Positions 18,767 through 28,247 of a stretch of DNA of 64,000 bases are shown here, in pieces (positions within the stretch are counted from its first letter, which is position 1; each line of letters begins with the position of its first letter). Under the pieces are notes generated by a model. That model saw only the letters and a program-made list of their open reading frames with translations. It searched no databases and was not told where the DNA came from. The position numbers and the translations under genes were made by a program. Location: IMG/VR virus record IMGVR_UViG_3300023174_008090. One strand, given 5' to 3'. The stretch is from an uncultured virus (IMG/VR IMGVR_UViG_3300023174_008090). Lineage: Duplodnaviria; Heunggongvirae; Uroviricota; Caudoviricetes.

Positions 18767-19726
18767 TTATGCCAAAATATTGTACTTTTTCTTGATAATA
18801 TTTTTGTTTTGTAAATACCATTCTATTGTATTTACAACACCTTCTTCGATAGAAAATTTGGGCTCAAATCCGTATGATTTTGCCTTAGTCATGTCAAGAA
18901 TTCTTATAGGATCACCAGAAGGCTTTGTAACATCCCAAACTAATTCTTTGTCAAAATATTTAGCAACAATTTCAGCAATAGTTTTGATCTTCACTCCTAA
19001 TCCTGACCCTAAATTGATAGGTTCAGTAATTTGATTTTCTACTGCATAAACCATTCCTCTAGCAACGTCATAAGCATGAATAAAATCTCTAATTTGGGAA
19101 CCATCACCCCAAACATCAAGCTTTTCATTTTCATCAGCTTTTCTAATTAATGAAGGAACAACCATTGCGCTATTAAGATCAAAATTGTCATAAGGACCAT
19201 ACACATTGGCTGGACGAACAACTGAACAAATGCTTTTTCCATTTTGTTTCTCGTATGCTTGAATTTGCATTTCACCCATACGTTTAGCCCATCCACCAAA
19301 CCAATCATTTTTAGATGGAACTGAATTTGGAAGATCGTCTTCTTTCAAAATTGGTGCTGGTTGATATACTCCAATCGAGCTTGTATACAAATACCAAGAA
19401 ACATTTGCACCCATGGCAGCTTCAAGCATGTTTGTATTGAATTGAATCATAGGACCCATAATATTTGCAGGTTGTTCAAAACAAGCTTTAGGAGATGCTT
19501 TGATTCCAACAAGACTGAAAACATAATCCATGCCTTCACAAATTTTTCTGCAATCTGAAAATTCTTTCAAATCGACTTTTAAAAATGTAATCTCTGCTGG
19601 CATATTCACAGGCTCATTCAAATCAGCAACAAAAACATTTGCGCCTCTTTCAATCAACATTGGCACTAATTGTCTTCCAATCATGCCAGAGCCACCTGTA
19701 ACTAATACTTTTTTTCCAGTAAACAT
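18767..19726 (-). CDS. Extended SDR, GDP-fucose-synthase/epimerase-like
   Basis: Start MFTGKKVLVTGGSGMIG at 19726; RPANVYGPYDNF, VWGDGSQIRDFIH; YxxxK replaced by GGWAK. Confidence 0.8.
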   Translation of the reverse strand: MFTGKKVLVTGGSGMIGRQLVPMLIERGANVFVADLNEPVNMPAEITFLKVDLKEFSDCRKICEGMDYVFSLVGIKASPKACFEQPANIMGPMIQFNTNMLEAAMGANVSWYLYTSSIGVYQPAPILKEDDLPNSVPSKNDWFGGWAKRMGEMQIQAYEKQNGKSICSVVRPANVYGPYDNFDLNSAMVVPSLIRKADENEKLDVWGDGSQIRDFIHAYDVARGMVYAVENQITEPINLGSGLGVKIKTIAEIVAKYFDKELVWDVTKPSGDPIRILDMTKAKSYGFEPKFSIEEGVVNTIEWYLQNKNIIKKKYNILA

Positions 19727-19727
19727 A

Positions 19728-20747
19728 TTATGATTTAGCCCACTTGAAGATTTCTTGCCACCAATGCAAAGGTGTGTAATTTTCATGAAAATGTTTATTC
19801 ATTGCTTTGGCCATTTCAATTCTCTTTTCAGGGTTGGCCAAATAGTATCTCACTTTGTCTACACAATTTGCTTCGTTTATTGAATCGTAATGCACACCTT
19901 CTTCAAACCAATATCTGTTCTTGAATTTATAAGCTTCAGGATGTGTAGAAAGCATAAAACTTCCACAAATAGCACAATCAAAAGGTCTACCTTTACGTGT
20001 TCTATTATTTGGACCAAAGACTGATTCTGTGTAAGCTAAAGAGATTTTTGTTCTCTTAAAGACATGTGTGTAATCCTCAATAGACAAAACTTGCGCAGGA
20101 TAGATATTTTTATTAATGCTTCCTGTGTATGTTACTGGGATATTGGCTTTTTGAAAAATTTCAAAGAATCTTGCTCTTTCAGGAATATAAAACATACCAT
20201 TAAAGCCGACATCTATATCTCTTTCAATGTCAAAAATATCATCCAATTCCAAATTACGAGTATCCATTGCACCATAGACACCATAAATGTTTGGAAAAAT
20301 TTCACCTTTGCCATAATCGCCAACAAGAAAGTTACAATATTGTGCAGCTTCTATCATAGGAATAGGCCAGTTTTGTTCACCCCATACTCTAGGCTTTTTC
20401 ATCATAACCCTAAAGTTAATATCCATACTAGTAGAAGTTGCTATGAATGTATCCCATGAACATAAGAAGAGCTTTTTACCAAGTTTCTTAATAACATCCA
20501 TTTCGACAGCAAAATTGAGCTCTTCACTAACAATACAAATATCAAAATCTTTTTTTAAGATTTCTTGATTCATCTCTTTGGGAGTACGAACTAAACCTGG
20601 GGCGTTTCCAAAATGTATTACGTCTATTGTGTAATTAGGATTATTCTCACCAAATGCAGAGTAAAAAGAGCCCCTAATTTTTTCTTGTTGACTTTCTGAT
20701 TTAATATCGTGCTCATAATAGGGCTTGTAGACATATAATACTTTCAT
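19728..20747 (-). CDS. Glycosyltransferase, GT-B (CgeB/Glyco_trans_1_2-like), paralogue of 10620-11615
   Basis: DIDVGFNG..ER, TKISL, KGRPFDCAICG, FEEGVHY, YYLANPEKR; shares WDT, W.IP..E..YCN.LV.D.G.GE.FPN.Y with 10620-11615. Confidence 0.75.
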   Translation of the reverse strand: MKVLYVYKPYYEHDIKSESQQEKIRGSFYSAFGENNPNYTIDVIHFGNAPGLVRTPKEMNQEILKKDFDICIVSEELNFAVEMDVIKKLGKKLFLCSWDTFIATSTSMDINFRVMMKKPRVWGEQNWPIPMIEAAQYCNFLVGDYGKGEIFPNIYGVYGAMDTRNLELDDIFDIERDIDVGFNGMFYIPERARFFEIFQKANIPVTYTGSINKNIYPAQVLSIEDYTHVFKRTKISLAYTESVFGPNNRTRKGRPFDCAICGSFMLSTHPEAYKFKNRYWFEEGVHYDSINEANCVDKVRYYLANPEKRIEMAKAMNKHFHENYTPLHWWQEIFKWAKS

Positions 20748-20755
20748 TTTATTTC

Positions 20756-21694
20756 CTATAAATTAGTAAAATCTTTATTCTTGAAATTTGAAATCATTTT
20801 ATATGCACTAAGCAATTCTTGAATTCCAGCATCTAAAGAATAATCACAACTCCAGCCTGTTTTCTCTAATTTTTCATTTGAGACAACATAATTACGCTTG
20901 TCAAAATCTTCCTTGAATTGCTCTTCAATGATGACTAAATTAGGCACATATTCCTTGATTTTCTGAGCTAGTTGAAGCTTTGACATATTTGCAGAAGTGA
21001 GACCAACATTATAGGCATTAAAGTTTAGCGAATGGTAGTTCTCAATAAGATGAACAAATGCTTTAGCTACATCTCTTACGTGAACATAATTTCTCAAAAA
21101 ATGAGATTCAAAAAGGACTAAAAATTCATCTGTGAAAGCTCTATAAACAAAATCATTTACAAGCAGATCCATTCTTTGTCGATATGAAACTCCAAATACT
21201 GTAGCTAATCTTAAAGAAATACCATTGCCAGATTCTAAAACACGCTTTTCAGCATCGCATTTTGTTTGAGCATATAAAGAAAGAGGATTGAATGGACTCT
21301 CTTCTGTGATTATTGTTTCAGAACTTCCATATTGAGAATTTGTATTAGGAACTAACAATTTTTGACTTGGCTGAATAAAATCAATAATGTTTTTAATTTG
21401 TTGATAATTTACATCTACTGTTAGATTTGGGTCTTTTTTACAAGCTGGCATACCAACAATAGCAGCCAATGGAATGATGATGTCATGAGTTTCTACCAGA
21501 CTTGTAAGAAGTTTAGTGTCTCGAACATCGCCAACAACAAGATTAAAATTTGTATTGTGACAAAATTGAGTCAAAGAAAGTTGCTTGTAAGTTAGACTGT
21601 CTAAAACAGTAACTGCATAACCTTTAGAAAGCAATACTTCAGTAAGCACAGAACCAAGATATCCAGCACCACCTGTAATTAAGACTTTTTCCAT
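20756..21694 (-). CDS. NAD-dependent epimerase/dehydratase
   Basis: TGGAGYLGS, LAAIVG, YAQTK, RLATVFG..R.DLLVN; ATG at 21694 overlaps the upstream stop. Confidence 0.85.
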   Translation of the reverse strand: MEKVLITGGAGYLGSVLTEVLLSKGYAVTVLDSLTYKQLSLTQFCHNTNFNLVVGDVRDTKLLTSLVETHDIIIPLAAIVGMPACKKDPNLTVDVNYQQIKNIIDFIQPSQKLLVPNTNSQYGSSETIITEESPFNPLSLYAQTKCDAEKRVLESGNGISLRLATVFGVSYRQRMDLLVNDFVYRAFTDEFLVLFESHFLRNYVHVRDVAKAFVHLIENYHSLNFNAYNVGLTSANMSKLQLAQKIKEYVPNLVIIEEQFKEDFDKRNYVVSNEKLEKTGWSCDYSLDAGIQELLSAYKMISNFKNKDFTNL

Positions 21695-22095
21695 TACCAA
21701 CTAATCTCCCAATCTTTGAAATCAGCAGCAAGGCAGTCAATTTTATAATCTTTTCTACCACCAACTACTTCTTGAATTTTGTTTTTGGCAGTGTTTCTAA
21801 TCCCATTTAATCCGTGAGTAAGTTCAAGTGAATTACCTTCATTGATACCCTTTCTGTAATTAGATTCATTGTGCCAAATATGAAGATTCATTTGTGATAG
21901 AACAACAATAGCACGAATTACTTCTGCATCAATAACAGTATTATTTTCGTCTAAATGTGCTTGAATATCATGAACAATATCAGAGATTTCTTTGGCATAT
22001 TCTGACTTATGTTCTGAGATAAAAACTTCTTTGAGTTGAATGATTGAAAGCCTGTCAACAAGCTCAGACAATGTGGGGAGATACTTTCTTTCCAT
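21694..22095 (-). CDS. Hypothetical helical protein (133 aa)
   Basis: ATG 22095 lies 6 nt after TATAAT; LSELVDRLSI.QLKE..N..IWH.E..R..N..R..KN.I pattern. Confidence 0.6.
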   Translation of the reverse strand: MERKYLPTLSELVDRLSIIQLKEVFISEHKSEYAKEISDIVHDIQAHLDENNTVIDAEVIRAIVVLSQMNLHIWHNESNYRKGINEGNSLELTHGLNGIRNTAKNKIQEVVGGRKDYKIDCLAADFKDWEISW

Positions 22096-22131
22096 AAGAG
22101 CATTATACCGATAAAAATGTATAATGATTTT
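22096..22131. promoter_or_regulatory. Back-to-back divergent -10 elements, each 6 nt from an ATG (leaderless-type)
   Basis: Minus strand TATAAT 22107-22102 + 6 nt + ATG 22095; plus strand TATAAT 22120-22125 + 6 nt + ATG 22132; no SD on either side. Confidence 0.65.
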
Positions 22132-23121
22132 ATGAAAAAAGCTATAATTTTTGTCAATACACACGGTTTTGGAGACATATTGCATTCAAGACAAGGTGTT
22201 AGATGGGTAATAAATCAGCTTGGAGATCAATTTGATTATTACTATTTACATAATATGCATCCAGATACATGTTTTATTCATCCGAATGTACAGGTCATAT
22301 CACTAGAGAAGAAATTTATGTCTCAAAAGATGGAATTTATAAAAAGATTATTTACTCCAGAATTGACAGAAAAATTTCAAGATGCTTTATGGATTGATGT
22401 TTGGGCAGCTAGTTTCGAAAAAATGAAATTAATCCATGGAGTAGGATTTAAACTTCCAGACAAGAATGGAAATTATCATGCTGGCTGCGATGAAGTACAA
22501 GATACCACTACTTGGCAAGCTAGATTATATGAAGAAAAAATCAGAGATATAAATAATTATTTGATTGAAAATTTATCAACTAAGCAGCTACAAGTTCCTG
22601 ATCATACTGCATTTGTTTGTGAATGGAATAGCAATCCAAAATACAAGTTTTTTGCTGATGCTTTTATCAACAGAACAAAGAATTTTGATTTACATGTGTT
22701 TGTGTGTAATGGCAACGTTTCATCATCACAAAGAAGAAATTTCATTTATGAAAAGATACTGTCTGATTATATCAAAGCAAATCAAAATGTATGCTTTTAT
22801 TTGACAGCAAAAATTGAGGAAATTGATTCTCCTAATGTTTTTTATGTTGATGATAACTTCCCAATACCCAACTTAGATCAAATCGAATATTTAATGAAAT
22901 TTTGTGACATTGTTGTAACCAGCCAATCTGGACCTGGATGTTTAGCTTTCACAGATGCAATAGTTTATGATGAATCTAAGACTCTTATTATTTTTTGCGT
23001 TGATGATATAAAAACTTATTTTGATGCTGGGACTTGTGAATATGTCAGAGTGAAAGATTTTTCAGATGAAAATGTTCTCAAAGTAATAAAAGAAAATGTT
23101 GAACGTAAATTAATAAAATGA
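22132..23121 (+). CDS. Putative glycosyltransferase (GT-B, GT9-like)
   Basis: N-terminal HGFGDIL..R and C-terminal CDIVVTSQSGP, reminiscent of GT9 GDxL / DSGP motifs; cluster context. Confidence 0.5.
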   Translation: MKKAIIFVNTHGFGDILHSRQGVRWVINQLGDQFDYYYLHNMHPDTCFIHPNVQVISLEKKFMSQKMEFIKRLFTPELTEKFQDALWIDVWAASFEKMKLIHGVGFKLPDKNGNYHAGCDEVQDTTTWQARLYEEKIRDINNYLIENLSTKQLQVPDHTAFVCEWNSNPKYKFFADAFINRTKNFDLHVFVCNGNVSSSQRRNFIYEKILSDYIKANQNVCFYLTAKIEEIDSPNVFYVDDNFPIPNLDQIEYLMKFCDIVVTSQSGPGCLAFTDAIVYDESKTLIIFCVDDIKTYFDAGTCEYVRVKDFSDENVLKVIKENVERKLIK

Positions 23122-24071
23122 AAATTGTATACGTAACAGGTTGTTTAGGATTTATTGGAAGTCATGTCACGCAAGCTTGTTTAGATCAAGGTTGGTATGT
23201 GTATGGAATAGATAGCTGCACATATGCTTCCAACCTTGCCAAACTTTCAGAATTTGCACAAAACCCAAAATTTAAATTTGAAAAAACAGATATTTGTGAT
23301 CTGAATCGACTAGTTGATTGTGATTATTTTATAAATACAGCTGCTGAAACTCACGTTGACAATTCTATACGCAAAAGTGATGATTTTCTTCACTCTAACG
23401 TAGTGGGTGTTCACAATATTCTAGAAGTGCTTAAAAATTACAAGAAAGAAGGTTATGTCTTGCCAACCTTTCTTCACTTTAGTACTGACGAAGTTTATGG
23501 AGATATCTCAGATGGAGTTCACACAGAGTCTGACTTACTAAAACCTTCGAACCCTTATTCTGCAACAAAAGCTGCTGCAGATCAATTGATTATGGCATGG
23601 TCAAGAACTTATGATCTTCCTTATGTTATTGTGAGACCTACAAATAATTATGGACTTGGACAATATGTAGAAAAGTTGATTCCCAAAACTTGTAAATTCT
23701 TGTCTTTGGGAAGAAAAATACCTTTGCATAATAATGGCGCACCAATCAGAAATTGGTTACATGCCAAAGATACAGCCAAGGCGGTAATTAAGATTGTTGA
23801 ATCAGAATCAAGAAATGAAATTTTCAATATTGCTGGTGGATTTGAACAATCTAATTTAGAGACTGTTTATAAAATAATTGATGAATTTTATCCTAGCAAT
23901 GATCATTCTTACAGTGATTATATAAATTTTGATGTTCATAGACCTGGTCAAGATATTAGATATGCTCTAGATGATTCAAAGATTAGATCATTAGGTTGGA
24001 GTCCTGAATGTATTTTTGATGAAGAAATTAAGGAAATTGTCAAATATTACAAAGAAACTTTTATTTGGTAA
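23118..24071 (+). CDS. rfbB: dTDP-glucose 4,6-dehydratase-like
   Basis: TGCLGFIGS, AAETHVDNS, STDEVYG, PYSATKAA, NNYG..Q..EKLIP, RPGQD.RY. Confidence 0.85.
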   Translation: MKIVYVTGCLGFIGSHVTQACLDQGWYVYGIDSCTYASNLAKLSEFAQNPKFKFEKTDICDLNRLVDCDYFINTAAETHVDNSIRKSDDFLHSNVVGVHNILEVLKNYKKEGYVLPTFLHFSTDEVYGDISDGVHTESDLLKPSNPYSATKAAADQLIMAWSRTYDLPYVIVRPTNNYGLGQYVEKLIPKTCKFLSLGRKIPLHNNGAPIRNWLHAKDTAKAVIKIVESESRNEIFNIAGGFEQSNLETVYKIIDEFYPSNDHSYSDYINFDVHRPGQDIRYALDDSKIRSLGWSPECIFDEEIKEIVKYYKETFIW

Positions 24072-24080
24072 AATATTATT

Positions 24081-24881
24081 ATGAATAACAGAGAATTTGA
24101 GTGTGTAAGAATTTTAACAGATTTGGTTGAAAATTACGGACTTGTTGGAGTGAAAACAAGTTTTGAAGATGAAGGTGCCAGTTTCAATGAAGTTCTCAGA
24201 CTCAAAGAAATCTGTAATCAAGCTAAAACAAAAGTTACATTAAAGATTGGCGGACCTGAAGCTATAAGGGACATCAAGGATTCAATGATTATAGGTGTCA
24301 AGGGATTAGTTGCACCTATGGTTGAATCTGAGTTTGGTTTACAAAAATTTATAGGAGCAGTAAACTCTAATTTGCCAAGTGAAGTAGTAAGTTCTTTGCA
24401 ACTTAATGTCAACATCGAAACAATTACAGCAGTGTCTAATATTGACAAAATATTGTCAACTAAACAAGCTGAAGAACTATATGGTGTAACTGTTGGAAGA
24501 GTTGATTTGGTTTCTTCTATGAATAAAGATAGAAATGCTGTTAACTCTGAAGAAGTATATGAAATCGCTCATGATGTTTTTGAAAAGACTAAGAAATTAG
24601 GTGCCAAAGCTTGTATTGGTGGGGCTGTATCTATAGACTCTTTGGATTTTCTGAAGAAGTTGCATTCTGACAAGCTTCTAGACAAATTTGAAACTAGGTA
24701 TGCTATTTTTGACCCATCTATTACATTGAAAAACTTATCAAGAGCATTGTTCAAGGCTCAAATGTTTGAATATGAATGGCTTACAAATAAGATGGAATAC
24801 TATCAAAATCAAGCAAATCAAGATGAATCTAGAATAAAGATGATTCAAGCTCGTATCAATAAATCGGCATCTGAACTTTGA
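24081..24881 (+). CDS. HpcH/HpaI aldolase / citrate-lyase family protein
   Basis: KIGGPEA..D, APMVES, NIET..AV.N, VGRVDL..S. Confidence 0.7.
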   Translation: MNNREFECVRILTDLVENYGLVGVKTSFEDEGASFNEVLRLKEICNQAKTKVTLKIGGPEAIRDIKDSMIIGVKGLVAPMVESEFGLQKFIGAVNSNLPSEVVSSLQLNVNIETITAVSNIDKILSTKQAEELYGVTVGRVDLVSSMNKDRNAVNSEEVYEIAHDVFEKTKKLGAKACIGGAVSIDSLDFLKKLHSDKLLDKFETRYAIFDPSITLKNLSRALFKAQMFEYEWLTNKMEYYQNQANQDESRIKMIQARINKSASEL

Positions 24882-25516
24882 GAATTCTTGTCACTGGTGG
24901 ATCTAGAGGAATAGGAAAAGACATTTGTGACAAATTCATCAAAGAAGGTCACGAAGTAATATCTCCTACTCGTGAAGAACTTGATTTGTCTGCTTCTTTT
25001 ACTTATATTCCAGAAAAAATTGATGTTCTTATAAATAACGCTGGAATAAATATAATAGATTCAATCTTGGAAGGTGAAAATTACGAAGAAATAATGCAAG
25101 TAAATTATTTCTCCCCATTAAAATTATTTAAGCTTTGTTTGCCCTATATGAAGAAGCAAAACTATGGAAGAATAATCAACATAGGCAGTGTATGGGTTGA
25201 TTATGCAAAGCCTGGAAGATCTGCTTATAGTGCAAGTAAAAATGCAATTCATTCACTTACAAAAGCAATTACTTCTGAATATGGAACTTACAATATCCTA
25301 GCAAATACTGTGTCTCCTGGTTTCTTTATAACTGATATGACATTCCAAAACAACACAGAAGAAGCTATAAAAGAAATAAGAAGTAAAATCCCAGTTGGCA
25401 GATTGGGGTATACAAGCGAGATTGCAGATTTAGTTTATTTTTTATCTGTGAGCAATTCATACATTTCTGGTCAAAACATAGTGATTGATGGTGGATATTC
25501 ATGTACAGCCAAATAA
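24878..25516 (+). CDS. Classical SDR (FabG-like)
   Basis: TTG start; TGGSRGIG, NNAG, YSASK, PG, GQNIVIDGG. Confidence 0.85.
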   Translation: MRILVTGGSRGIGKDICDKFIKEGHEVISPTREELDLSASFTYIPEKIDVLINNAGINIIDSILEGENYEEIMQVNYFSPLKLFKLCLPYMKKQNYGRIINIGSVWVDYAKPGRSAYSASKNAIHSLTKAITSEYGTYNILANTVSPGFFITDMTFQNNTEEAIKEIRSKIPVGRLGYTSEIADLVYFLSVSNSYISGQNIVIDGGYSCTAK

Positions 25517-26547
25517 CAGTCAAATCAAAAATCAAAGATTATTCTGTAAATTTTGTAAGCTTGAGCGAAATATATAAACTCATTGGTAAAGATTATCATC
25601 TTGCAGTAGTTGACAAAAATGTTGCTCACTGTTTTCCTAAATTTGGATTAGGTGATCTTATAGTTATAGACACAAATGAAGACTTAAAATCATGGCGTGG
25701 CTTAGAAAAAATATTTGACAAATTTGCTGCAAAAAAAGTTAATACGCAAACTAAACTTGTAGTTATTGGCGGTGGAGTTTTACAAGATGCAGTGGGTTTT
25801 TGCGCTTCTGTTTATTGTAGAGGCATTGAATATTATTTAGTTCCAACAACATTACTTTCTCAAATAGATAGCTGTGTTGGTGGTAAAACTTCTATCAATT
25901 ATGGGTCAAGAAAAAATATTCTTGGTACATTTTATCCTCCATGTAAAATTCTTATTTGCGAAGAATGGCTTGATGGTTTAAGTAAAGAAAACTTTTGTAG
26001 TGGTTTGGGTGAATTGTTGAAGTTTGATATCTTAAGAAATAAAATTCAAGAATCAAAAGTCATTGATTTAATTTCTGAAAATAAAAATGTTCTTCATCAT
26101 ATTTATGAAAGTCTTAATTATAAAATTTCTGTTTTAAAGATTGATGAATTTGACAAAAAAGAACGTAAATTCCTAAACTTTGGTCATACATTTGGTCATG
26201 CTTTAGAAATTACATCAAAGTACAAGTTATCACATGGATATGCAGTGGCAATTGGATGTCTTGTAGCCTTAAGGGTAAGTGAACTATCTTACAACTACAA
26301 TTACAAAGATTATTCTGCAACATTAAGTATTGTCAAAAAACTTCTAGAAAATACAGTATCTGTTAATCAAGAATGGTTTGATTATGAAAAACTTATGGAA
26401 TGTGTCATGTCAGATAAGAAAAATACTGGCTGTGTTAATATGGTGCTAATCAAAGATAATCAACCAGTAATTCAAAAAATTGAAGATTATTCTATAATAA
26501 AAACAGCACTGGAAAATGTTTATGAAGCTCTCAGATTACGTAATTGA
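25501..26547 (+). CDS. 3-dehydroquinate synthase-like sugar-phosphate cyclase
   Basis: GGGVLQD, PTTLLSQIDSCVGGK, KN..GTF.PP, GE..K, LNFGHTFGHALE, HGYAV, DKK. Confidence 0.8.
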   Translation: MYSQITVKSKIKDYSVNFVSLSEIYKLIGKDYHLAVVDKNVAHCFPKFGLGDLIVIDTNEDLKSWRGLEKIFDKFAAKKVNTQTKLVVIGGGVLQDAVGFCASVYCRGIEYYLVPTTLLSQIDSCVGGKTSINYGSRKNILGTFYPPCKILICEEWLDGLSKENFCSGLGELLKFDILRNKIQESKVIDLISENKNVLHHIYESLNYKISVLKIDEFDKKERKFLNFGHTFGHALEITSKYKLSHGYAVAIGCLVALRVSELSYNYNYKDYSATLSIVKKLLENTVSVNQEWFDYEKLMECVMSDKKNTGCVNMVLIKDNQPVIQKIEDYSIIKTALENVYEALRLRN

Positions 26548-28246
26548 ATTTCTTCACAAAAATTATGATGTTGATATAATTTTTACTCTTTCAGGTGGCG
26601 GTTGTATTCATCTAATTGATTCACTTGGCAAATCAGAAAAAGTTAATTATATAGCTACCCATCATGAGCAAGGAGCTGCAATTGCTGCTGAAGGTTATGC
26701 CAGAAAAAAGAATAAACTTGGTGCGTGTTTAGTAACATCTGGTCCTGGTGGCACTAATGCTTTGACAGGAACTCTTTGTAGCTATTTGGATTCAATTCCA
26801 GTCATTGTAATTAGTGGTCAAGTAAATAAACCAATGACTACTAACTTCACGAATTTAAACTTAAGACAACTTGGAGATCAGGAATTTGACATTGTAAAGA
26901 CTGTAAAAACAATGACAAAATATGCTGTTCAAGTTAATTATCCTGAAGAAATTAGATATCATCTTGAAAAAGCTTGCTACCTAGCTACCACTAAGAGACC
27001 TGGTCCTGTTTGGGTTGATATTCCATTGGATGTTCAATCTGCACAAGTAGATCCCTCAAAACTTAAGCCTTTTATTCCAAACATTATTGATTTCAAACTA
27101 AATGAGATTGATTATGTTTCAATTGTGAATAAATGGAATAGATCAAGAAAGCCATTAATGATTGTAGGAAACGGAATAAGACTTTCTGGTGCAATCGACT
27201 CTCTACAAGAACTTCTAAAAAAGACCAATATTCCAGTCATAACTGCTGTAAATGGCAATGACATTGTCAATGAATCATACCCATATTATTTTGGAAGATT
27301 TGGCACTCATGCTCAAATCTGTGCCAATAAATTAATCAATGAAGCTGATTTTATAATTTCTATTGGGTCTAGATTATATGTACGTCAAATTGGATATAAC
27401 TTTGATGACTTTGGAAAGCATGCATACAAAATTGCTGTAGACATAGATCAAAATGAACTTGACAAGCCTACATTGAGACTTGATGAAAAAGTGTGTGAAG
27501 ATGCTAAGAAGTTCATAAATAATTTAAATGCAGTATTTATAAACAAATCCACAGATACATGGCTCAATCATTGTGAATCATTTAGAACAAACAAGGTATT
27601 AGATAAGCATAGAAACAAGACTGATTTTGTAAGCAATTATTATTTGATAGAACGCCTTTCCAAAAAACTACCTTCAGAATTTGATATTGTCACTAGTGAT
27701 GGATCTGCAAATGTTATTACTATGCAAGTTGTTGAGTTGAAAGACAATCAAAGGCTTATTACAAATACAGGTTGTGCTCCTATGGGATATGGTTTACCTT
27801 GTGCAATAGGTGTAGCATCAACTGGGCAAAAAACATTATGTATTGAAGGTGATGGAAGTTTGCATTTAAATATCCATGAACTGCAAACAATGATGCATAA
27901 TAATCTTCCAATAAAATTATTGTTATTAAATAATGATGGATATCTGTCAATAAAAGTTACTCAAAAGTCTTTCTTCAATGGCAATTATGTTGCTTCTGAA
28001 AAATCAAGCGGAGTATCTTTTCCAGATTTCAAAAAAATTGCTGATGCTTATAGTATTCCATATTTTGAAATTAGATCAAATAGTGAAATAGATGAAGTGC
28101 TTGAAAGTTTTTTGGCTTACGAAGGACCATGTTTTTGTCAAGTATTTACAGATCCAGATGAAAGTTTTGAGCCAAGAGTTATAGCAAAAATGGATGAAAA
28201 CGGAAAGTTTATTCCTGGTAGATTGTCAGAAGCTCAATGGAGTTGA
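26522..28246 (+). CDS. ThDP-dependent acetolactate-synthase-like enzyme (YerE-like candidate)
   Basis: HHEQGAAIAAEGYAR, TSGPGGTN, RPGPVWVDIPLDVQ, MGYGLP.AIG, GDGSL..NNDGY. Confidence 0.85.
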   Translation: MKLSDYVIEFLHKNYDVDIIFTLSGGGCIHLIDSLGKSEKVNYIATHHEQGAAIAAEGYARKKNKLGACLVTSGPGGTNALTGTLCSYLDSIPVIVISGQVNKPMTTNFTNLNLRQLGDQEFDIVKTVKTMTKYAVQVNYPEEIRYHLEKACYLATTKRPGPVWVDIPLDVQSAQVDPSKLKPFIPNIIDFKLNEIDYVSIVNKWNRSRKPLMIVGNGIRLSGAIDSLQELLKKTNIPVITAVNGNDIVNESYPYYFGRFGTHAQICANKLINEADFIISIGSRLYVRQIGYNFDDFGKHAYKIAVDIDQNELDKPTLRLDEKVCEDAKKFINNLNAVFINKSTDTWLNHCESFRTNKVLDKHRNKTDFVSNYYLIERLSKKLPSEFDIVTSDGSANVITMQVVELKDNQRLITNTGCAPMGYGLPCAIGVASTGQKTLCIEGDGSLHLNIHELQTMMHNNLPIKLLLLNNDGYLSIKVTQKSFFNGNYVASEKSSGVSFPDFKKIADAYSIPYFEIRSNSEIDEVLESFLAYEGPCFCQVFTDPDESFEPRVIAKMDENGKFIPGRLSEAQWS

Positions 28247-28247
28247 T

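Noticed and set aside
13565..28246. Central-metabolism auxiliary genes (PDH, ilvB, aroB, fabG)
   Set aside because: No E2/E3, ilvC/ilvN or other aro genes are present, and all are coupled to NDP-sugar genes, so a glycan role is more parsimonious, though unproven.
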